Assembly (NCBI GenBank): GCA_963772005.1
Contig: CAVYVS010000020.1
Coordinates: forward strand, 25,312-89,311
Length of the DNA: 64,000 bases
Source of the DNA: an uncultured Nitrososphaerota archaeon
GTDB lineage: Archaea > Thermoproteota > Nitrososphaeria > Conexivisphaerales > DTJL01
Direction: 5' to 3'
Below the pieces are notes generated by a model, which was given only the letters and a program-made list of their open reading frames with translations, searched no databases and was not told the origin of the DNA. Within the stretch, counting starts at the first letter, position 1; each line of letters begins with the position of its first letter. Shown piece by piece: positions 57,041 to 64,000 of the stretch. A program made the position numbers and the translations under genes.

Positions 57041-57949
57041 GTGCTTGAAAGCACCCCGACACTCGAAGGGGCAGGAGTGAAGCTGAGAAGGGCCTTCGGC
57101 GGGCCCGAGCTGGCAAAGGCCTTCGACCCATTCCTACTGCTGGACGATTTCGGCTCCAAGTTCCCCCACGAATACATTGCCGGGTTCCCTTGGCACCCGC
57201 ACAGGGGGATCGAGACCGTCACCTACCTCATCAAGGGGGAGGTCCACCATGAGGACAGCACAGGCACGAAGGGAGTCATCAGGACCGGGGAGATCCAGTG
57301 GATGACCGCAGGGAGCGGCATCTTCCATTCGGAGATGCCGAGGCCCCAGGCGAAAGAGGTGGATGGCAGGACGGTCGAGGATCCCGAGATGAAGGGCCTG
57401 CAGCTCTGGGTGAACCTCCCCGCAAAGTCGAAGATGATTGACCCCCGATACAGGAACCTGCAGCCCTCCGACGTTCCCCGGATCGCCCTTGACGACGGGA
57501 CCGTGGTCAAGCTCGTCTCTGGGGAGATAGCCAACGTCCCGGGGACTGGCACGGTGACGGGCCCCGTTTCAGAACTCTCCGTCGACGTCCACTACCTGGA
57601 CGTGACCATCCCCGAGGGCGGAGCCTTCGAATACAGGCTCCCCGCTCCATTCAACGCCTTCGCCTACGTCCTTGAAGGAGAGGCCTGGCCCGACCCGGCG
57701 GCAAAGGAACCCGTGGGAGCCAAGAGCGTCGTCCTTTTCGAGAGGGAGGGGGAGTCCGTCAGGCTCAAGACGAAGGACAGCAGCGCCCGGCTTCTTCTGG
57801 TCGCAGGCGTCCCCATGAACGAGCCAATCGCATGGTACGGTCCCATCGTGATGAACAACAGGGACGAACTGGCAAAGGCGGTGGTCGAGTTGAGGGAGGG
57901 CAACTTCATCCGGAAGAAGGCCACGTCGTACGATTACTTCAGGGCATAG
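57041..57949 (+). CDS. pirin-family (bicupin) protein
   Basis: FPWHPHRGIETVTYLIKGEVHHEDSTG. Confidence 0.85.
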   Translation: MLESTPTLEGAGVKLRRAFGGPELAKAFDPFLLLDDFGSKFPHEYIAGFPWHPHRGIETVTYLIKGEVHHEDSTGTKGVIRTGEIQWMTAGSGIFHSEMPRPQAKEVDGRTVEDPEMKGLQLWVNLPAKSKMIDPRYRNLQPSDVPRIALDDGTVVKLVSGEIANVPGTGTVTGPVSELSVDVHYLDVTIPEGGAFEYRLPAPFNAFAYVLEGEAWPDPAAKEPVGAKSVVLFEREGESVRLKTKDSSARLLLVAGVPMNEPIAWYGPIVMNNRDELAKAVVELREGNFIRKKATSYDYFRA

Positions 57950-58059
57950 GGGTTTCGCCTGGCGCCGACGGCCGAAGTCCGTCCGATGGTAATGACATTC
58001 CTGAAAGGGGCGTTCTAATACTTAGGCTAATAGGCTGAGGACGCCTCACCTCTATCGGG

Positions 58060-59203
58060 TTGAAGCCGGTCACCGCCGTCGCTCTGGTCGTCTCTTTGGC
58101 GCTAGCGTGCCTCTCCGCCGTAGTTGCTCCCACCTTGGTCGCGGTGACGGGTTCGCCGTCGGAGGGCGTACCTGAAGAGGTGGCCTGCGGTTGGCACTCC
58201 CCGACCGGCACCGACATAGTGGCCGCATCTAGCCAGAGCGCCGCCGTGTCGGTGAACGTCAGCGAGCCTTCATGGATGGAGCAATGTACATCATACCCAG
58301 GCCCGGATGGAAGCTCTTCCGCGGGGGCGTCCGTCGCCTACGAGGTCTTTCCCGTCACCATATCCGCCCCGGCAGGAAGCAGCCTGACCCTGAGTTGGGA
58401 GACCCCGACGCCCAGCCCCGAGCAGCTAGCCATCGGCGTGCGGACCAACGAGTTGTGGGTCCACTTCGACCCCGCCGTCGCCGTGGCGGGCCCCGGCGGA
58501 ACGGTTACGGCGAACCTGACCCTGGCCGGTGCGGTGATGCCCTTCGTCCCCAACCCCGTCAGCAACGTGAGCCTCCCGGTCGTGGTCACCTCCAAGTCGG
58601 GATAAACTGCCATCGCCGACCTTCCGATCGAATTCACTGGCGCCATCTCGGTCTTCGAGACTGCCGGACAGGTCCCCCTGGCCGGCCCCCTGAACGGCTT
58701 CGTCGGCCAGACTTCCTACGTGGGCTTCTGGACCGTCTTCAGCCCCACCGACGGGTCGACCTCGTCCCTTCAGCTCAGCATGGAGGTCCTCGGCATCAAG
58801 TCGGGATCAAGCTACGCAAGCAGCAAGGAAATCGACCTGTCGCCGGCAAGCCCCTCGTACACTATGGAGCCTAACGTCCCCTGCTACATCGACTTCAAGG
58901 AAGGGAATTCCCTCTCGCCCATGTCTAGCACGGCGGGCCCCCTCCGAATACGACACGACCTTCGGCATCAAGGAGACGGTCAACGGAAAGACGTACACGG
59001 TGGAACTCCCGGTTTCGATCGACCTGATCCAGATCTTCGGAGGCCTGGGTGTCCCGGCGTCGTCCAGCGACCAGGGGGCGGCGTCCACCGCCAACAACGG
59101 CCCTGCTGCGAACCCCGCCCTTGCGATGCCTTACGCGATCGCTGCGGTTGCGGCCCTAGGGCTCGTCGCTCTTCTTTGGCTGGCCCTCCGAAGCAGGCGT
59201 TGA
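58060..59203 (+). pseudogene. exported surface protein with C-terminal membrane anchor; in-frame TAA (58603-58605) and one frame break near 58940
   Basis: A signal peptide (VALVVSLALACLSAVVA) is present. The sequence continues in the same frame past the TAA (TAIADLPIEFTG...). It then shifts to track ORF 59000..59203, ending AMPYAIAAVAALGLVALLWLALRSRR. Confidence 0.5.
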
Positions 59204-59272
59204 TCAGGGAACACACCTCCCGGCGCCGGCCAACAGCCGGTTGTTGTTAGTTCCTAGTGGGATTTCCCGGCC

Positions 59273-60298
59273 TCAGATCCCTTCAGCGCCAGGGTACCTT
59301 TTGAGCAGGTCGAACTGGACGATGTTGACCATGTCCTCAGGGCTCCAGCCACCGTGCGACGCCGACCATGCCTCCCTGAAGGCCTCAAGGTCCACGTACC
59401 CCTCCATCCTCGCGTCGGCGTCAGTGAAGTCCCTCAGCCTCTTGATGGTCCTGTTCTTCACCTTGAGGTCCGCGAAGTGGGGCTCGCTGATGGAGGCGTA
59501 TATCACGCTGCCGGGTCTGAGCTTCTCCATCTCTTCGGGGGAGTAGTGGCCTGAGACCTGCACCTTCTCACCCCTGAGGATGTGCCGGGCGTCGCCCATC
59601 CTGAACTCCATCTCCGCGGGCTTGGCGGCCACCTCCTTGAAGACCTCGCCAACGGACTTCCGGGGCTCCTCGGCGACCCTCTTGATGACCTCCCTCGCGC
59701 TCGTCTGGGGGAGCTTCTCCTCGGCCAGCTTCTTGAGGACCTCCACCTGCCTGGGCTTCTCCGGGATCTGCCGGGCGGCTTCGAGGGCGGTGGAGTAGTC
59801 CACCTTGCCCTCGGGCACCCTTGCCCGCTCCCTTGGGGCGATCATGCCCTGCACCTCCTCGGGCAGATCGAGGGTCTTCACCCAGGCCCTGACCGAGTCG
59901 GCGTCCACGCCTATCTTGGCGGCCACGTCGGCCCAAGTCTTGTACCTGTCCGGGTACCTCTGCTTGAGCATGTTGCAGGCCTTGGCCTTCTCGACGGCGC
60001 TGAGGTCGGACCTCTGCACGTTCTCGACCAGGTTCAGCTCGATCACCTCTTCGTCGGTGTAATCATGGATGACGGCCGGCACTTCTGCCAGGCCGGCCTG
60101 CTGGGAAGCCCTGTACCTGCGCTCGCCCACGACGACCTCGAAGGCCACTCCTTTGGGCCTGACCACCAGCGGCTGGAGGAGCCCCTTCTCCTTGATGCTG
60201 TCCGAAAGCTCGTCCAGCTCCTTCTTGTTGAACTTCAGCCTGGGGTTGAGCCTATTGGGCTGTATGTCACCGAGGGCCAGGACCCTGAACTCCGTCAC
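59273..60298 (-). CDS. ParB/Spo0J-type N-terminal domain plus HTH fused to a C-terminal ASCH (PUA-like) domain
   Basis: LQPLVVRP, VVVGERRYRA (ParB box II), LVENVQRSDLSAVEKA, then ILRGEKVQV...RLRDFTDADARMEGY..LEAFREAW..HGGW (ASCH pattern). The 341-aa ORF is intact and starts with GTG. Confidence 0.75.
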   Translation of the reverse strand: MTEFRVLALGDIQPNRLNPRLKFNKKELDELSDSIKEKGLLQPLVVRPKGVAFEVVVGERRYRASQQAGLAEVPAVIHDYTDEEVIELNLVENVQRSDLSAVEKAKACNMLKQRYPDRYKTWADVAAKIGVDADSVRAWVKTLDLPEEVQGMIAPRERARVPEGKVDYSTALEAARQIPEKPRQVEVLKKLAEEKLPQTSAREVIKRVAEEPRKSVGEVFKEVAAKPAEMEFRMGDARHILRGEKVQVSGHYSPEEMEKLRPGSVIYASISEPHFADLKVKNRTIKRLRDFTDADARMEGYVDLEAFREAWSASHGGWSPEDMVNIVQFDLLKRYPGAEGI

Positions 60299-60477
60299 TG
60301 GCTGCCTGCCTCCGCCGCGGAATGAAACGTTCTTCTGGGCCTGGGCAAATGGCTCGCTCGGACGCCCATCGCCCTCCCCCCTCTATAATGCCTTGGTAGG
60401 TTGCGAGGGTTTCGGGCCCCCTCCCCCCTGTCGGAACGCGGCGAATGGATAAGAGGGGAGGGCGTCGAGGGAGCGCC

Positions 60478-60838
60478 ATGCAGCCCGACATCGCTTCGAG
60501 GGAGGTCGTCATGTCGTACATCGGGGCCCTCGATGGGCAGGACTACGAGGCCGCCGGCAAGCTTCTGAACCATCAGATCACAATCAGGGGGCCGGGCGAA
60601 ACTTACACTCGACCCGAGCAGCTCCTGGAGATCCTCAAGAAGCATCGTTCCAAGTACGACGTCCACAAGGTGTTCGTTGACGGAAATGACGTGTGCGTTC
60701 TCTACGACCTGGTCACCCCTACGGTCAGAGCCTTTACATGCTCCCTGGTACCACGTCGAGGGAGGGAAGATAGATTCGATCCGTACGATATTCGATCCTA
60801 GACCCTTCGCCCCTCCGCCCACGGGCGAAGGCAAGTAA
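60478..60838 (+). pseudogene. SnoaL/NTF2-like protein, one frame break near 60745
   Basis: VVMSYIGALDGQDYEAAGKLL. The C-terminus WYHVEGGKIDSIRTIFDPRPF is readable after a shift. TAA at 60836-60838. Confidence 0.6.
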
Positions 60839-61036
60839 CCCACTTCGGCTTCGGTCGCCCCCACGCTCGACTGGGACCTCCCTTCGAAGAGCCTTCAGAG
60901 CGTGGGCCCGAGGCCCTCCATCCCGAGGCTGGCACCCTCTTCCGGACGAGCGCGCCCGACCGGCAAGCGCATATTAAGGGCCTGTGCGCATCAGCTTGAC
61001 CGACGGCCGATGTCGGCGTCTGGTGGGCGAACCTAA

Positions 61037-61222
61037 TTGGCGAGGGATTCGGACGGAGAGCGTGCCTTCTTCGTCGGCCTGATGATAACCTTCCTGGTGA
61101 TGACCATCATCTTCATCTCTGCGGCGGCTTCCGCCAGGTCCATCCCTTTGGCCCTCCTGGCCATCTTCTTCGCCGGCTTCTGCCTCTATTCGGCCCAGAA
61201 GACCGAAGCAGAGGGTCTGTAG
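61037..61222 (+). CDS. small two-TM membrane protein
   Basis: 61-aa ORF with strong third-position G/C bias. Confidence 0.4.
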   Translation: MARDSDGERAFFVGLMITFLVMTIIFISAAASARSIPLALLAIFFAGFCLYSAQKTEAEGL

Positions 61223-61356
61223 CCCCAACGGAGCGCCGCAATCAGCCGGCGACCGGAACCGAGGGACGGAGCCGTGGTGTTCGAAAAGTCTGATAGGAAT
61301 AACCCCTTTAGAAAAATATGAATAGACATATATCCCCCAGCGTGCACCTCCAACGC

Positions 61357-62535
61357 ATGACCCTAGAGACCACCATGACCGGGAGCTGGTTTCGGCCCCC
61401 GGAGATCCTCGACCTGGCAAGGCCTGAGCGGAGCCCCACCGGAGAGATAGGGGAAGAGCACAGGGCCGTCGTCGAAGCCGCCGAAAGGAGGGCGATAAGG
61501 GACCAGCTCCACCCCCTGGGCGCCAGCCACGGCCTCGACTGGGTGAGCAACGGAGAGCAGCGCAAGGCCGGATACACCTACTTCATCCCCAACAGGTTCC
61601 ACGGCTTCTCCCTGACCGAGCGGTCGAGGTCGGAGTTCCCTCAATCGCTCTTCCAGGAGCTCATGGAGTCCAACCCCGCCTTCGCCCAGCAGGTGAGCGC
61701 CGGGGAGTCGGGCTTCGTCCTCCCTAAGATCGAAGACAAGCTCTCCTACCATGGGGAGGCGCTGGCCAAGAGGGAGGCCGCGGATACGCTTCGCCTCGCC
61801 AAGGAGGAGGGGGGGAAGAGGGTCTTCGTTCCTACGCCCTCGCCGGGCGTCATCACCATCTTCTTCCCCCAGCATGGCGTATACGCGGACCATTACGAAT
61901 ACCTCTTCGCCATGGCAAAGGAGCTTCGGAAGGAGTACGAGGCCCTCCTTTCCGTCGACGGCGTCGACATTCAGCTCGACGCGCCCGACCTCGCTATGGG
62001 CAAGCAGACTGCCAACTGGGGGATGGACTTCTACGAAGCCATCTCCCGCCACGTGGACGCCATCAACGAGTCGGTTGCCGGGCTCCCCCCCGAAAGGATC
62101 CGATTGCACTATTGCTATGGGAACTGGGTGGGCTCCCACCTCTATGACGCCGACTTCAGGAAGGTGCTGCCGGAGCTCCTCCGCCTCAAGGTGGGGACCC
62201 TGGTGGGCGAGATGGCAAACCCAAGGCACGCAGGCGACGCTCTCATCATCGAAGAGCACCTGAAGGAGCACGCCTGGCCGAAGGGCATGAAGCTGGCCCA
62301 GGGGGTCATCGACGTGAAGACCCCCATCGTCGAGACTGCAGAGACGGTGGCGGCGAGGCTGGACAGGGTCGCTTCCATCGATCAGATCGGTCCCGAGAAC
62401 GTGCTGGGTGGAACCGACTGCGGCTTCGAGACGTTCGCCTACATGTCGAACTTCACGTACGCGGTGGGCCTGCAGAAGCTGAAGTCGTTGGCCGAAGGGG
62501 CGCTCCTCGAGTCCGGGAAGCTGGGGATGGGATAG
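61357..62535 (+). CDS. cobalamin-independent methionine synthase (MetE C-terminal/UROD-like) family protein
   Basis: TTMTGSWFRP, LHYCYGNW and GGTDCGF are zinc-ligand contexts. A TATA-like tttagaaaaatat lies at about 61308-61319. Confidence 0.75.
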   Translation: MTLETTMTGSWFRPPEILDLARPERSPTGEIGEEHRAVVEAAERRAIRDQLHPLGASHGLDWVSNGEQRKAGYTYFIPNRFHGFSLTERSRSEFPQSLFQELMESNPAFAQQVSAGESGFVLPKIEDKLSYHGEALAKREAADTLRLAKEEGGKRVFVPTPSPGVITIFFPQHGVYADHYEYLFAMAKELRKEYEALLSVDGVDIQLDAPDLAMGKQTANWGMDFYEAISRHVDAINESVAGLPPERIRLHYCYGNWVGSHLYDADFRKVLPELLRLKVGTLVGEMANPRHAGDALIIEEHLKEHAWPKGMKLAQGVIDVKTPIVETAETVAARLDRVASIDQIGPENVLGGTDCGFETFAYMSNFTYAVGLQKLKSLAEGALLESGKLGMG

Positions 62536-62607
62536 AAGCCCCCAGGCCGTCGCCCAACACTGGGAGGATTTCCACTAGAACGGGTCCGCCGACCGAAGGG
62601 ATTCCCT

Positions 62608-62766
62608 TCAGGAGCCGACAGGGAATTCGACTTCCTTGAGCATCGCTTCGTCCACCTGCTTGAAGTCGTGGTAGACCCTCATGTGAAGCAACGCCGCTTC
62701 CTTGGTCCCGAAGTAGGTCCCGTCGAGGACGCAGCGGAAGAGGTGGATCGTAGTCTGCTGTGCCAA
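62608..62766 (-). CDS. 52-aa protein with degenerate C2H2-like motif (hypothetical)
   Basis: TTG start. LAQQTTIHLFRCVLDGTYFGTKEAALLHMRVYHDFKQVDEAMLKEVEFPVGS has the best third-position G/C bias of the six frames here. Confidence 0.3.
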   Translation of the reverse strand: MAQQTTIHLFRCVLDGTYFGTKEAALLHMRVYHDFKQVDEAMLKEVEFPVGS

Positions 62767-62882
62767 TTGCCTTCGACGTGTGACTAGGGAGTTCGCTATT
62801 TGACCAAAGAGGGCAGGTTTCGATGACCGTTGGGTCTAAATCTTCTCTTCGAGGCTCCCGCCCTTGCGGCATCCCGCCTCCT

Positions 62883-63482
62883 TCAGTCTCGCCCGATGAG
62901 CTGGCCCCCGAGCCCGATGCTCCACATCAGGACGGGGTAGACTATCAGCCGCTCGAGCCCTCCCGCCCCTATGCCCAGGGTGCTCCCCATGGCGCCCTCG
63001 CCCGGAACGTATAGTGCCAGTGAAATCAATGAAACCACCCCGAGGACCACCGAGAGGTAGGAGAGCGGGGCCTTTTCGACCTTGTAGGTGATGATCGCCG
63101 CCACCCCCGCCAGGAGGAAGGTGATCAGGGAGAACATGCTGTGCCAGGGGCTGAAGGACTCGTTGAAGGCCCCCACGCCGATCAGGGAGGTGCCCGCCAC
63201 GGCGATCACCGCGGTCGTGGCCATCTGGCCGTAGAGCCGGTAAAAGTAGTAGGCGGTGATCAGGATCAAGATGCCGAAGACCGCCTCGGACCCGTTGAAG
63301 GCCAGCCATCCCGGGGGAACGTAGCACCCGGTGCTCCTGCAGGCGGTTCCCAGGTCGCTGATGTAGTTATTCATCACGCTGTAGCCGGGGTAGGTCGCCT
63401 CGGACAGCATCCACACGATGGCGAACTGGACCCCGCCGACGAAGAGGGCGGTTCCAGCCTTCGTGGCGTCAGAGAATCTCAT
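62883..63482 (-). CDS. DUF998-family membrane protein
   Basis: ATYPGYSVMNNYISDLG plus six helices. Confidence 0.65.
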   Translation of the reverse strand: MRFSDATKAGTALFVGGVQFAIVWMLSEATYPGYSVMNNYISDLGTACRSTGCYVPPGWLAFNGSEAVFGILILITAYYFYRLYGQMATTAVIAVAGTSLIGVGAFNESFSPWHSMFSLITFLLAGVAAIITYKVEKAPLSYLSVVLGVVSLISLALYVPGEGAMGSTLGIGAGGLERLIVYPVLMWSIGLGGQLIGRD

Positions 63483-63635
63483 CGCAAAGAAGTGCCCTTC
63501 AGCCTCGCTAAAAGCATGTGCGAAGAATAACTGCTAGGATGCCCTTGGAGCATACGCCCCGGGGGGAATGGAGAGGCGTGCCCTGCGTCCCGTCGGAAAT
63601 GAGCATCACCCTTTAATGCCGCCGTCCCCTCAAAT

Positions 63636-63854
63636 ATGTCGACAATGTCCTCGGTCGTCGAAGAAGACACGAAAGGGAAGAGGGTCGCCTACAAGGATAT
63701 GCACACCCTCTATGAAGCGGAGCAGAGGCGTGCCGAAACCCTGTCGAAGGACGAAGCCGGCAGAGAGCTGAAGAACGAAGAGAACTCGTCCTGGGTGAAG
63801 GGTCAGCTGAGGAAGGCCCTGGATCCCAAGGACCGAGACACTGTGGAAGTCTAG
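63636..63854 (+). CDS. small acidic/basic hypothetical protein
   Basis: 72-aa ORF with no recognised domain. Confidence 0.35.
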   Translation: MSTMSSVVEEDTKGKRVAYKDMHTLYEAEQRRAETLSKDEAGRELKNEENSSWVKGQLRKALDPKDRDTVEV

Positions 63855-63945
63855 GAATCCTTCGTGCTGGTGGCCGACCCGACCTGCAGCGCATGGATCG
63901 GCCCCCTGTGCAACGCTTATCTCCCTGCGAGCCATTCCGATTCGC

Positions 63946-64000
63946 ATGCCTGCGGCCGCCGTCAAGACGGTCCGCGACCTGATCTTCTGGCAGTACTCCA
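63946..64000 (+). CDS. 5' end of an ORF running off the window (MPAAAVKTVRDLIFWQYS...)
   Basis: An ATG at 63946 and an open frame to the window end. Function not assignable. Confidence 0.25.
   Translation, partial: MPAAAVKTVRDLIFWQYS

Overview
GC-rich segment (by eye above 60% G+C, not computed) that looks archaeal. The evidence is A/T-rich TATA-like boxes about 25 nt upstream of several starts (some apparently leaderless), oligo-T terminators, HTH_10 and ArsR-type regulators, GG-terminal MoaD/SAMP-like proteins and many small zinc-ribbon proteins. Gene content resembles uncultured Thermoplasmata-type genomes, but taxonomy cannot be assigned from this window. I found no rRNA, tRNA or CRISPR array.

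Main content:
- Two diverged, inverted copies of a Tat-exported three-subunit molybdenum hydroxylase operon (5.4-9.3 kb on the minus strand, 45.3-49.3 kb on the plus strand). The second copy sits next to an NCS1 purine/cytosine permease.
- A small accessory-looking block (10.9-15.3 kb): zinc-ribbon/collagen-like/tail-collar protein, cNMP-binding protein, Imm5-like protein, VapBC, and an RNase H-fold exonuclease homolog with a degenerate DxE motif.
- A second VapBC pair at 34.0-34.7 kb.
- One complete 1041-bp IS481-like insertion sequence with a 15-bp target duplication, placed exactly at the start codon of a PAS/PAS histidine kinase.
- A NirK-type copper nitrite reductase with a C-terminal cupredoxin, followed by a membrane-anchored GG-terminal beta-grasp gene.
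- An orphan ParB-ASCH fusion.
- Housekeeping and metabolic genes: ABC-2 transporter, MFS, S53 peptidase, cysteine-synthase-like, pirin, MetE-like, nitroreductases, SDR, LLM oxidoreductase and others.

Major caveat: rebuilding conserved proteins needs roughly 50-60 +/-1 frame switches (manual count, not exhaustive). These cluster in some genes, while about 17 kb of other long ORFs are intact. Patchy long-read indel error is the most economical explanation, and real gene decay is the alternative. No clearly novel multi-gene system could be demonstrated. The best candidates for follow-up are the ParB-ASCH fusion, the 10.9-15.3 kb block, the NirK/beta-grasp pair and the exported Mo-hydroxylase architecture.
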